DNA of 52,592 bases from assembly GCA_019358935.1 (NCBI GenBank), contig JAHHIK010000058.1, positions 1-52,592 of the forward strand, read 5' to 3'. The translations under genes and the position numbers were made by a program. The notes under the pieces were generated by a model, which was not told the origin of the DNA, made no database searches, and saw only the letters and a list, made by a program, of their open reading frames with translations. Positions 7,491 through 17,641 of the stretch are shown here, in pieces (position 1 is the stretch's first letter; each line of letters begins with the position of its first letter). This stretch comes from Tolypothrix carrinoi HA7290-LM1. GTDB lineage: Bacteria > Cyanobacteriota > Cyanobacteriia > Cyanobacteriales > Nostocaceae.

Positions 7491-8962
7491 CAACACCGCT
7501 GTAGTTGAGTTAACAAGACGACAATTTCATCAACTCCTTCGCGCAAAGCTTTCGCCTTTTGTTCGCTTTGATTAACAATAATGCTGAAAACCAAAGGCTC
7601 ATATTTGGGAGTATTTACATATCCAGATAAAGAAACAACACCTGTCACCGTACCTGTTTTTGCTTGTACAATACCTTCAGCAGGTGTGTTGAGAAAGCGA
7701 TTTTTCAGAGTGCCGCTTTTGCCGGCAATCGGTAAAGATGCGCGATAAACTGATGAGGAAGGTGTTTTCGCCATTGCTTGCAAAACTTGCACTAAAGCTT
7801 CTGGACTAATTAAATCATGACGCGATAACCCGGAACCATCTACTAGAGCGTAACCTGTAGGATTGACTCCTAATCGAGTTAAACTTGTTTTGAGAACTTC
7901 TAAACCAGCATTAACAGTAGTTTGATCTGGCTTTTTGGATTGTAGAGAAGCGATCGCCCTCAACAATGCCTCAGCGTATAGATTGTTACTATTCTGATTT
8001 GTTTCCATCAGCAACTCTGATAAAGGAGACGACTCTACAAAAGCTACTTCCTGTTGATTAACACCCCCAGATACTACCCCTGTCTCTCGCAAGCGGATTT
8101 TTTCCCCAGCTAAAGCTATGCGAAATCGCCGCAAAAAGTAATTACTAGGATCGATCACAGGCACTTTTACTAAAAACGGATCGGCTTTCGCTGCTAGTTG
8201 CCCTTGAATTCTTAACACGTTTCCTGATAATTCGCGGGTAACATTGATAAAAGCTGGTTGTTTTTCCTCAACTGTCACCGATTGATTAATAATCTGCCAG
8301 AATCTCGCTTCGCTAAAATCAGTCCAAGCAACTTGTAAAGGTTTACCCACAGCTTGCGGTACCAAGTTGATACTAAACACATTTTCATTGAGAATCAAGC
8401 TGTTAACTGGTGCCCCATAGTCTGAGTAAACATCTTCCCATTCCCAGCTGGGGGACACAATATCCCCTTGAAAATAGCTATCATCGGCAATCAACTTTGT
8501 AATTTGGGTAATTCCCTTTGCTTTCAACTGTTTTGCCAATGCTACAAGCTGAGTATCGCTGAAGCTAGGATCTCCCCTACCCACGACACGCACAACATTA
8601 TTACCATCTTGATAAACAGAAGTGCGAATGCGGTAATTTGCCCCCAATTGCTGTAAAGCGGCAGCAGTTGTCAGCAGTTTGGCATTAGAAGCAGGAGTAA
8701 AATATTTCTGGGCATCCCGACTATAAAGATTTTGCCCTTTATATAGAGGTTGCACCAAAATTCCCCAACGCACCCGACTGTATTGCGGACGGTTTATCAC
8801 TTCATCCACCGCTGATGCTAGTTGAGTGGGGCAAATATTTTTGGTTTTGGTTGCCGGCGCGACTTTTATTTGTGCCTGAGCAACTCTAGAATTAAATGCT
8901 ATCTGGGTAGTCAAAAATAGCAGCAAACAACCCAGCGGTTTATTGAATGCCTTAATTTTCAC
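7490..8962 (-). CDS. dacB: D-Ala-D-Ala carboxypeptidase/endopeptidase (PBP4, peptidase S13)
   Basis: PASNAKL (SxxK), SNN, DGSGLSR, AKTG; signal peptide. Confidence 0.95.
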   Translation of the reverse strand: MKIKAFNKPLGCLLLFLTTQIAFNSRVAQAQIKVAPATKTKNICPTQLASAVDEVINRPQYSRVRWGILVQPLYKGQNLYSRDAQKYFTPASNAKLLTTAAALQQLGANYRIRTSVYQDGNNVVRVVGRGDPSFSDTQLVALAKQLKAKGITQITKLIADDSYFQGDIVSPSWEWEDVYSDYGAPVNSLILNENVFSINLVPQAVGKPLQVAWTDFSEARFWQIINQSVTVEEKQPAFINVTRELSGNVLRIQGQLAAKADPFLVKVPVIDPSNYFLRRFRIALAGEKIRLRETGVVSGGVNQQEVAFVESSPLSELLMETNQNSNNLYAEALLRAIASLQSKKPDQTTVNAGLEVLKTSLTRLGVNPTGYALVDGSGLSRHDLISPEALVQVLQAMAKTPSSSVYRASLPIAGKSGTLKNRFLNTPAEGIVQAKTGTVTGVVSLSGYVNTPKYEPLVFSIIVNQSEQKAKALREGVDEIVVLLTQLQRC

Positions 8963-9174
8963 TCTCTTCTCCTCATCCCAATGATAGATTTTAGCACTCT
9001 GATATCAAACTTATTTCCTGAGAGAGAAGCTGATAAGTACATTTAATTGATTAGTATTATGAAGGATACTGACATGTTTAATACACAAGCGTTCAATTGA
9101 AAATAATTCATAAGATGGTAAAATCGCCACATTAACCAATATGCATACACAAAAATACGAATAGAGGTAAAAAT

Positions 9175-9771
9175 GTGAATACATTCTTGTCTAGTGTGGC
9201 TGTATTACTCTCTACTTTGGCTTTGATGTGTAGTGGCTATGCGGCTTATCAAGTTTTCACGCTACAGCAGACACTGAATAGTAGCAAAACAGCGACTAAT
9301 ATCGCTCCTATTCCCATACCATCAACTGCCCCAACTGTTGAAACTCCGACAGCAACCACTGCACCAGCAACCACCGCTACAGCCTCAACATTTTCCCCCG
9401 GTCAATTTGTCCAGCCTGCTTTTGGTAATAAGGCAAAAGTAGAGTTACTTTCTGTAAAGCGAATTAAAGACCCAGAAAGCGGAAACCGTGATGTAGTGAA
9501 TGTGCAGATGCGGGTGCGTCGTGTCACAGACAGAGTTGGTGGTGGTGATATTATATCAATTGGGAGTACAACAGCTCGCAATCCTGACACTAGCGAAACA
9601 TACAAGGCAGTTGCTTACGATCGCTCAACCGGAAGCGTTTCTTTGTTTGGGCTACGTACAAATTCTTCGGCTGATGCCTATGTTTGGTTAAGGGTTCCCG
9701 AAGGTGTGAATAATTTGGATATCTTTGTACCAGATACAGCAGCGTTTCAAAATGTACCAATTTCTAATTAG
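9175..9771 (+). CDS. Hypothetical membrane-anchored or secreted protein
   Basis: GTG start after GAGG, N-terminal hydrophobic helix, P/T-rich linker, beta-rich C-terminal domain. Confidence 0.8.
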   Translation: MNTFLSSVAVLLSTLALMCSGYAAYQVFTLQQTLNSSKTATNIAPIPIPSTAPTVETPTATTAPATTATASTFSPGQFVQPAFGNKAKVELLSVKRIKDPESGNRDVVNVQMRVRRVTDRVGGGDIISIGSTTARNPDTSETYKAVAYDRSTGSVSLFGLRTNSSADAYVWLRVPEGVNNLDIFVPDTAAFQNVPISN

Positions 9772-9781
9772 ATGATAAACC

Positions 9782-9838
9782 CGTAGTGAGGACTTTAGTC
9801 CTCATATTATTAAGATAAGGACTTCAGTCCTCACTACG
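9782..9838. repeat. REP-like inverted doublet (GTAG...CTAC) between convergent genes
   Basis: CGTAGTGAGGACTTTAGTCCTCA...AGGACTTCAGTCCTCACTACG. Confidence 0.75.
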
Positions 9839-9841
9839 AAA

Positions 9842-11170
9842 TTAATCGCCTCCTAATTCTACAAGCTTACCGATGTTGAAATCTATTCTGATCCAACCTT
9901 TGAGCTTTTGTAAATTCTGAAGTATCAATAAAGGAATTTGCCAGTGATGTACTGTTAAAAATGGCAGCGGATCGCTAACACTATAAATCGCGTCCGTACC
10001 TCGGAAAATGTTCTTAAACCACACCTGCAATTGCTGTAACGACTTAACATTAGTCAGCCTCCATACTTCATGATACAACCAATAAGTAGGCTTACTTTCA
10101 GGTAAAGGCTGCATCGGTGCGCTGAAAGTCTCTTTACTCAAATATGCATCAGCTACCCCAGGATGGTCATGAAACATCGTAATTGCTGAGTGCGTGCGGG
10201 GGTTACACTCAATTGCATAAACTGTTCCGTCTTCTTGTTCGATGAAGTCAAAAGAAATTTGTCCGGTCAAATTTAATTCTTTGACAAAATGACTAACCCA
10301 TGCTGTCATTTCTGGTTTATCAACATGTTCGTAGTTCACTTGAAATGCTGAAGAGTCCGAACAGCCGTGCAGTTTCAATTCTCCGTCTCGAACTGTGCTA
10401 TGGGTGCAATACTCCTGTCCGGTAATAAATTCTTGCATCATCCAAGGATGATCTTCACTGATTGGCAAGTTTTTCACGTAGTTAGCCATGTCTGCACAAG
10501 GCAGCTTGACCATATCTAAGCGGTAAAATGAGCTATATGGAATACTCTTAAGAATGTATTTGCGTTTTTCTGACTCAAAGTTGAATTTTAAGATTTGTTC
10601 TGGATCTGTAATTAAATATGATTTTGGTGCTGTTAAACCAAGACTTAGTGCTTTCTCACTAAAGGTGAATTTGTCATCTAACATCTTGGTGACATCTGCA
10701 TCAAAATGAAACACTTCGCAGTAACCTGACAAAACTGGTTTTGCTAAAGAGTCATAAAAACTAGCAACTGGACTGGATACGGGGATAAATATGTCAATAT
10801 TTTCTTTTTTAACTATATCGAGCAAAGCTTGAATATAACCGTCTGCATCTTCCTGCGGTTCGGGTACGGTGTAGAAGTTTTCGATAGAGTTGGAAAAGCG
10901 ATGACCGGATAACCAGTATTTCTTGGTTTCAACTAAAAAAACTTTATGTCCGGCAGCGTGAAATAAACGAGCTAATTGCAGAGCTTTGGTCATCTTACCA
11001 CCTGTGAGTAAGATGTTTTTCGGGTTTTCTGCTGATACTTGTTTATGGAAAGGCGATTTTAATAAACTCCATACTAGTGATGCTAGTACCAAGCTGCAAT
11101 TCACCGGAAATGCGATCGCCAGCAATAAAAGCGTACCCAGATTTTGGAATAATGCGATAATCCGCGCCAT
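9842..11170 (-). CDS. mysC: ATP-grasp mycosporine-glycine ligase
   Basis: ILLTGGKMTKALQLAR, MQEFITGQEYCTHS, IECNPRTHSA, RIDFNIGKLVELGGD; downstream of mysAB. Confidence 0.93.
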   Translation of the reverse strand: MARIIALFQNLGTLLLLAIAFPVNCSLVLASLVWSLLKSPFHKQVSAENPKNILLTGGKMTKALQLARLFHAAGHKVFLVETKKYWLSGHRFSNSIENFYTVPEPQEDADGYIQALLDIVKKENIDIFIPVSSPVASFYDSLAKPVLSGYCEVFHFDADVTKMLDDKFTFSEKALSLGLTAPKSYLITDPEQILKFNFESEKRKYILKSIPYSSFYRLDMVKLPCADMANYVKNLPISEDHPWMMQEFITGQEYCTHSTVRDGELKLHGCSDSSAFQVNYEHVDKPEMTAWVSHFVKELNLTGQISFDFIEQEDGTVYAIECNPRTHSAITMFHDHPGVADAYLSKETFSAPMQPLPESKPTYWLYHEVWRLTNVKSLQQLQVWFKNIFRGTDAIYSVSDPLPFLTVHHWQIPLLILQNLQKLKGWIRIDFNIGKLVELGGD

Positions 11171-11327
11171 AGGGAGGAGGGGGGGAGGGGGGGAGGGGGA
11201 GTGGAGGAGGGGGGGACAAGGGGGACAGGGGGGACAAGGGGGAGCAGGGGGAGTACCAATTACCCATTACCCATTCCCCAATGCCCCATGCCCAATGCCC
11301 AATGCCCAATGCCCAATGCCCAATTCC
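11171..11327. repeat. STRR composite between mysB and mysC
   Basis: GGGGACAA units, then ATTACCC and CCCAATG heptamers. Confidence 0.8.
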
Positions 11328-12149
11328 CTACAGTCGTCTAATGATGGTTAAACCGTCTCGCAAGGGTAGCATTACTTGTTCAACGCGGTTATCGTTTTTG
11401 ACAACTAAGTTGAAGTTGGCGATCGCTTCTCCATTTGCTGTACGCTGTTGAGGTGGAAGATAAGGCTGTCCTTGCAATAAGGTATTGTCTACGCAGATGA
11501 AGCCGTTGGGAGCAAGCAAGTTTAAGTCTAGCAGCATCTGGAAGTACTGTACGTACTCTTTTTTATCGGCATCAATGAATACTAAGTCGAATGACTCTTT
11601 CATCTCTGCCAGTTTACCAAGAGTTTCCAGCGCTCCACCCACTTGAACTTCTATTTTCTCTCCGTGGGGAGATTGCTCAAATAAGGACTTGGCAAAATCC
11701 GCTACATATGCATCTACCTCGCAAGCTACCAAACGCCCATCACTTGGTAATGCTTCTGCCATTGCCAGCGCTGAATACCCGGTGAACATGCCGATATCTA
11801 GCACAGTTTTTGCTTGTGTCATGTGGACAAACATTTTTAACGTTTGTCCTTCGACGTGTCCGGAAAGCATTTCCTGCTCTAATTCTCGCACTGTTGAGCC
11901 ATCGCTAAATCGCTGTTTCCAGGCTTCTTGCTGCGTCGATAAGGCGATCGCTGCTAATGCTGGGGATTCATCGGTGGTACACTCATCTAGATAAGGATCT
12001 AATAGAGCGGCTAGACGCAAGCATTGCTGTAAATGCTCTTTTAAACTTGGATTGTCTTGCGCTTGGGTAACGGCAGTTTCTAGATGTTCTACCAAGATAC
12101 CCAGCGGTGTGACGGGACGGGCTTTTTCCACGTTGACAACATTAGGCAT
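11328..12149 (-). CDS. mysB: SAM-dependent O-methyltransferase (4-deoxygadusol synthesis)
   Basis: ARPVTPLGIL, EMLSGHVEGQ, LDIGMFTGYS, FIDADK; start overlaps the mysA stop. Confidence 0.95.
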   Translation of the reverse strand: MPNVVNVEKARPVTPLGILVEHLETAVTQAQDNPSLKEHLQQCLRLAALLDPYLDECTTDESPALAAIALSTQQEAWKQRFSDGSTVRELEQEMLSGHVEGQTLKMFVHMTQAKTVLDIGMFTGYSALAMAEALPSDGRLVACEVDAYVADFAKSLFEQSPHGEKIEVQVGGALETLGKLAEMKESFDLVFIDADKKEYVQYFQMLLDLNLLAPNGFICVDNTLLQGQPYLPPQQRTANGEAIANFNLVVKNDNRVEQVMLPLRDGLTIIRRL

Positions 12150-13435
12150 TAGTTGCCACTCCCTACCAATGTCTGATCGCTCATTACGTAGCTGTTGATT
12201 TCTTGATCAACGCTGTTGATATCTGACTCAACGCTGTTGACGTAAGCATCTATACCAGCACCTGCACGGGGGTATGTGGCGCAAATTTGTTTGTGGTCGT
12301 TTAATGCAGCGTCTAATTCTTCACGAGTCAAATCGTTGACGAAGAAGCATTCACCAATTGGTTTGGGCATCGCTGCACGCTGTAAACCATCCCGTGTTAA
12401 GGTTATCGATTTGGTAGCGTACCACAATAAATCGCCATCGAGCAAATCGTCGTCAAGAGCAAGACCGACACGACTCATCAATCCGAGGATGCGATCGCGA
12501 TCGTTGGCAGTAATATAACCTCGTTTTTCGGCTATTGTAGCACTCAATGCCATGTCAATATTCACAGCATGACCGTGTAACAGCGGTATTTGGGGAGTTA
12601 ATTCTAGTGTAGGACTCCAAGTGTGTCCGTAGGCGATGACGCGATCGAGCATTAATTCGTGGAGGTTCGGTGTTTCCAACTCCAACATTCTCTTAATTGA
12701 CTCGTAATTCACCCGCTGCGCTACTTCTTGCAATTCGGGAGTGCCATCAACGTACCCAAAGCGTGTATTCAGCAAATCTTCGCCGTACTTATACAACAAC
12801 TCGAATACTTCTGCGTGGGAAACAACCGCAATCTTCACCAATTCTGCCATTCCGTTACGGACTTGATCTATAGGAAGTGTCCGCAAAAAGGAAAAGTCGA
12901 GAAAAACTTTTTTCGGTGGGTGATAAGCACCTAAACGATTTTTGTCTTTACCGTGGTTTACGGCTACTTTGATCGCTACACCCGCATCAATTAAAGCAAT
13001 CAAAGTTGTCGGAACGCGGATATAATTGGTGCTGCGGCGATAAGCCGCGCAAGTGAAGCCAACGACATCTAAAACTAATCCACCACCTACAACCAAAACT
13101 GGCTCTTTCCGCAGTAAATTATATGCCGAGAAAGCATCAGCTATCGACGAAAATGTGGTAAGAGTTTTGTCGTTTTCCTCAATTCTTACCGGAAAAATGG
13201 TGAGATCGATGTTGTAATACTTGAAGTATTCTTGCATTTGCGAACCATAAAGCCGATTCACATTATGGTCAACCACTGCAAGACAACGCTTAAAACCTGC
13301 ATAAGTATCTGCAAGGTCTTTGTTTTTTATCTCAAATAGTCCATTCACGAAGGCAAGACTAAAGTCAATTTTCTCGTAGCCTTCCACATGAAATTCAGTT
13401 TCAGTTACCGTTAACTTTGGTTCGACGATACTCAT
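12149..13435 (-). CDS. mysA: Demethyl-4-deoxygadusol synthase (sedoheptulose-7-phosphate cyclase)
   Basis: [57 protein letters not shown]. Confidence 0.95.
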   Translation of the reverse strand: MSIVEPKLTVTETEFHVEGYEKIDFSLAFVNGLFEIKNKDLADTYAGFKRCLAVVDHNVNRLYGSQMQEYFKYYNIDLTIFPVRIEENDKTLTTFSSIADAFSAYNLLRKEPVLVVGGGLVLDVVGFTCAAYRRSTNYIRVPTTLIALIDAGVAIKVAVNHGKDKNRLGAYHPPKKVFLDFSFLRTLPIDQVRNGMAELVKIAVVSHAEVFELLYKYGEDLLNTRFGYVDGTPELQEVAQRVNYESIKRMLELETPNLHELMLDRVIAYGHTWSPTLELTPQIPLLHGHAVNIDMALSATIAEKRGYITANDRDRILGLMSRVGLALDDDLLDGDLLWYATKSITLTRDGLQRAAMPKPIGECFFVNDLTREELDAALNDHKQICATYPRAGAGIDAYVNSVESDINSVDQEINSYVMSDQTLVGSGN

Positions 13436-14114
13436 TTTTTATGCCTTTAATCAACAGTTTTCACAGAATTCAGCAATTTATCTGGTATTTACTTAGGTTT
13501 TGCCCAAACCTGAGCCAGCGCGTTGCTTGAAACCTAAAACTGATAAACACTTGAAATCGTCTGGCTTTTCCAACTGAACATGAGGAATACAGCCCAAAAG
13601 CACCTTTAATTTGAGCCATTTAATACCACAACAAGAAACTATCGGGTTTGTTAAATAATTTTCTGTTTACAGGCATAACTAACTAAGTAGATAAGGCTGT
13701 GTAGTCAAAAATTTACTTGATTTTTTACTCATCTAATGCCTTATGCTTTAGTTTAAACAGATTAGTCTGCAAGTTTTTTAAATGATTGCTGTAAACAGAT
13801 GCGTAGGGCAAGAGCCACTGCCGCGATCGCTTGCCAAGCAGCGATATGCTTACATTACAATACACTTTTTTAAATCACATCATTCTTAAGATATATCATG
13901 ATTGGGAATTAAATTATTATTTACAGAGAAAAATCTCACTTAAATGGGATTGTTATTTTTCCATAATTTGATAAAATCTCTTTAAGAAGTTTTCCTATTT
14001 CTGCAATAAATCTTTCGTGAGAAATGAAAAGCCCGATTTATCTAAAAAATCGGGCTAAAGAGCGATGCACAATTTTCCGGACTAAAGTCCTGGATTTAAG
14101 CGTTAAAACGCTTA

Positions 14115-15246
14115 CTACTTATCCTTTTTTACCTGATAGTGATATTGTCTTCTTGAGGCAAACTGTTTATATCCAGCGCGTTGAAAGGCGCGGATCATCG
14201 GTGCATTATCGATATCAGCATCAGCACGAATGCGTGCAGCACCGTTAGATTTAAGGGTGAGGGTTCCTTGGTTGAGCAAATCGTTCACGTACCCTTTTCC
14301 CCGATGTTCTGGTACTACACCTATATACCCAATGGTTGCTCCACCATCATTCTCTGTTGGCATAATCAAACCAATGAGAGTTTCCTCAAAGTTGTAAGCT
14401 AGTTGCCACCACGTCGGTTGATACTTGAAAGCCTTTAAGATGTTAAACTGTTTAAGTGCATCTTGCTTTTCACCTAGTTTGGCTTGGTTTTGCAAGATTG
14501 AACGATCTAAACTCTGCGAGGATACCCGGGCGATCGCTTCATTGAAGAAAGGCAGAGGGCAGGAGGCAGCTATGCTGAAGGAGCAATCGGATGGGGATTC
14601 AAACCCCAACCGATTGAATCCACCGTGTAGACGGTGGGGTTTTATACCCAGTTGGCTCCAGCCAGAAGGCTGAATCAAAGACATAATTTATACCTTCTGC
14701 CCTCTGCCCTCTGCCTTCTGCCTTCCGCCGAAGGCGGATAAAAGCATCATCACCAACTTGATCGAGAGAACGAAACATCAGCCGATTTGATGATGCGATC
14801 TCAGTCTGAATGTCTTTCCACTCAAAACGGATAGTTTCCCTTGAGAGTGAAAATCCAAAATGTTCAAACAGTTCAATTCGTTTGTGTAATGATGTAAAAT
14901 CAGACGATGGACTATCGAGTTCATAGTCTATGCTGTCGCCGCTTTGAAAGTGCAACTGTGCCAAGCTCTGTTGTAAAAGATTTGTACCAACCTCGATGTA
15001 GTTTTCGCTCCAAGGTACTTCCAAAATATCAACAATAACAGGCTTCAAGAGCGATGGTAACGACCAATAGACGATACGTCCGATGAACTTTCCTGCTGAC
15101 TCGGCGACAAAACACCACTCAGGGCGGATGTAGCCTGATGCCCACATGTTTGTTAAATAAGAAAGAAAACGTTTGTTTGCATCAATGCGATCGCTTAGAC
15201 TCGCAAAGGCTGCCAACTCCTCGCGCCCAATAGGACGAATAACCAT
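14115..15246 (-). pseudogene. Tandem-domain GNAT acetyltransferase disrupted by a repeat insertion
   Basis: ORF 14599-15246 (...DQVGDDAFI) and ORF 14115-14684 (NEAIARV...GVVPEHRGKGY...N.PM.RAFQRAGY) rejoin in frame if 14544-14736 is removed. Confidence 0.85.
14544..14736. mobile_element. About 193-bp foldback insertion with GGCAGAG / CTCTGCC arms
   Basis: Inverted heptamer arms, internal hairpins (ATCGGATGGGGATTCAAACCCCAACCGAT; CCACCGTGTAGACGGTGG) and terminal CCGCCGAAGGCGG. Confidence 0.75.
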
Positions 15247-15346
15247 GATGAATTTCCTAATTTTGTAGCGATAATTACTTGCTTACTGAAAGTCATCATA
15301 GACATCACCCCCTTGAAGCGAAAAATTCTCAAGTTTATTATAACGA

Positions 15347-15373
15347 AATAGGGTGAGCATAGCCCACCCTATT
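15347..15373 (-). terminator. Hairpin downstream of ilvB
   Basis: AATAGGGTGAGC-ATA-GCCCACCCTATT. Confidence 0.55.
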
Positions 15374-15398
15374 ATTTAACCATTAATTTATTGCCGCT

Positions 15399-17288
15399 CT
15401 ACAATTTAGTGCCGCAATCAGCGCAGAAGTTGTGATTGAAAGCGTTTTTCGCACCGCAATGGCTGCAATAAATCGGTTCTATTGCGGCTTTCTTTTCAAG
15501 TTTTGGCAAACCAATCATTTGCGCGTTGCTTTTGCCTGGGGCTACCATTGGGTAACAGTTTTCGTCTTTGGTGACACGCGCATCGACGATTACAGGTCCG
15601 TTGTGTGCTAGCATTTCGGCGATCGCTTCTTTCAACTCTTCACGGTTGCGAATCACCATCCCCTTTATGCCGTAAGCTTTTGCCAACAACTCAATGTCTG
15701 GCATTCCTACTTCCATATTTGAGCATGAGTAACGCTCGCCGTAAAAGGCTTGCTGCCATTGACGCACCATTCCCTGCCAACCATTATTCATAATCACAGT
15801 CTTGACATTTATGCCATACTGTGCAAGCGTGCCCAATTCTTGCAAGCACATTTGGAAACTGGCATCACCGCTGATACAAATAACTTCTTCATCGGGGAAT
15901 GCCACTTTAACACCCATTGCCGCAGGTAAGCCAAAACCCATCGTTCCCAAGCCAGCGCTGGAAATCCAACGACGCGGACCATTTTTGAGGAATTGTGCTG
16001 ACCACATTTGATGTTGACCCACATCTGTGGTGTAGTAGGCGTGGGGTGCTTGGCTTCCGATTTCCACAATCACCTCTTGCGGTGACATGCTGTCGGGATA
16101 ATGCGGCACGACTAAAGGATATTCTTCCCGCCAGCGGTTAACTAAATTCAGCCATTCTTGGGTTTGGTTGGGTGTCCCCGTGACACCTGTTTGCTTGCAG
16201 CGACGCAACAAGTCAATTAACACATTCCGGACATCGCCGACAATCGGCACTTCCGGAATGCGATTTTTACCGACTTCCGCTGGATCGATGTCGATGTGAA
16301 TTACTTTAGCGCGGGAGGCAAATTCATCTAACTTGCCGGTCACGCGATCGTCAAATCTCGCACCAACGCAAATTAGCAAATCACAATCACTCACCGCAAA
16401 GTTAGCGTAGGCAGTGCCATGCATCCCTAACATTCCCAAAGCTAGGGGATGATGTTCGTCAAAAGCGCCGATACCCATCAACGTGGTAGTGACGGGGATA
16501 TTGAATAATTCCGCGAGTTGTTTAACTTCTTCGTGGGCACTTGAGGCGATCGCCCCCCCACCCACATACAATAGCGGACGGCGACTTTCACGAATCAAGT
16601 TAATTGCCGCATTTATCTGGCGGGGATTTCCCTTCACCGTGGGACGATATCCGGGTAACTTTACCGAACCCGGTTCCACAGGCACATAATCAAATTCTTC
16701 TAACGCCACATCTTTGGGCACATCAATCAAAACCGGTCCCGGACGCCCAGTGCTGGCGATGTGAAACGCTTCCGCAACAATTCGCGCCATATCTTGAGTG
16801 TCGCGCACTACATACGAATGCTTGACAATTGGTAGCGTAATTCCGTAGATATCCGTTTCCTGGAACGCATCTGTACCAATTGATGCCCGTGATACTTGCC
16901 CGGTGACAATAATCATCGGGATCGAGTCCATGTAGGCGTTGGCAATGCCCGTCACCAAATTAGTTGCCCCTGGTCCCGATGTTCCAAAGCACACCCCTAC
17001 CTTTCCAGTAGCGCGGGCATAACCGTCAGCGGCGTGGGATGCACCTTGTTCGTGTCTCACTAATATGTGCTTAATCGCACCAGTGGCTTCAACTTTATAC
17101 AAGTCATCGTAAATTGGCAGAATCGCACCGCCAGGATAGCCAAAAATATACACAACGCCGTGACGACGCAGACTGTCCAGCAAGGCGAAACCACCACTGG
17201 CACGCTTGGGCGTGACTATTGGTGAGGAGATATTCGGCTGAACGTGATTCTCGGTTTGTAGGGAAGTAATTGGGGAAGGCGATCGCAC
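15399..17288 (-). CDS. ilvB: Acetolactate synthase large subunit with C-terminal zinc ribbon
   Basis: [37 protein letters not shown] ThDP motif. Confidence 0.97.
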   Translation of the reverse strand: MRSPSPITSLQTENHVQPNISSPIVTPKRASGGFALLDSLRRHGVVYIFGYPGGAILPIYDDLYKVEATGAIKHILVRHEQGASHAADGYARATGKVGVCFGTSGPGATNLVTGIANAYMDSIPMIIVTGQVSRASIGTDAFQETDIYGITLPIVKHSYVVRDTQDMARIVAEAFHIASTGRPGPVLIDVPKDVALEEFDYVPVEPGSVKLPGYRPTVKGNPRQINAAINLIRESRRPLLYVGGGAIASSAHEEVKQLAELFNIPVTTTLMGIGAFDEHHPLALGMLGMHGTAYANFAVSDCDLLICVGARFDDRVTGKLDEFASRAKVIHIDIDPAEVGKNRIPEVPIVGDVRNVLIDLLRRCKQTGVTGTPNQTQEWLNLVNRWREEYPLVVPHYPDSMSPQEVIVEIGSQAPHAYYTTDVGQHQMWSAQFLKNGPRRWISSAGLGTMGFGLPAAMGVKVAFPDEEVICISGDASFQMCLQELGTLAQYGINVKTVIMNNGWQGMVRQWQQAFYGERYSCSNMEVGMPDIELLAKAYGIKGMVIRNREELKEAIAEMLAHNGPVIVDARVTKDENCYPMVAPGKSNAQMIGLPKLEKKAAIEPIYCSHCGAKNAFNHNFCADCGTKL

Positions 17289-17389
17289 TCTTAAACCTCA
17301 GACTATAACTAAGTTGATGTTTAAATTCTGTAGTTAAGAATTCATTTTAATAGAAAAGCTCAATATATTTGTCAACAAACGATAATTTG

Positions 17390-17641
17390 GTAATTGGGAA
17401 TTGAAAATTGGGCATTGGGCAATGGGAATTGGGCATAGGGCAATGGGCATAGGGCAATGGGCATAGGGCAACGGGAATTAAAGACGCTCGATTTTTGATG
17501 CGCGTTCTATTCTAATAGCATTCTTTCCATGCCCCATGCCCCATGCCCCATGCCCGATGCCCCATGCCCATTGCCCGATGCCCCATGCCCCATGCCCGAT
17601 GCCCCATGCCCCATGCCCCATTCCCCATGCCCCATGCCCCA
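17390..17641. mobile_element. STRR-armed foldback unit, copy 1
   Basis: GGGCAAT/GGGCATA arm, unique core 17471-17529, CCCCATG/CCCGATG arm. The core recurs inverted at 49144-49202. Confidence 0.75.

Noticed and set aside
13436..14110. Hidden gene or cis-RNA upstream of mysA
   Set aside because: AT-rich with no convincing ORF; only a repeat fragment and small hairpins. Most simply a long promoter/UTR.
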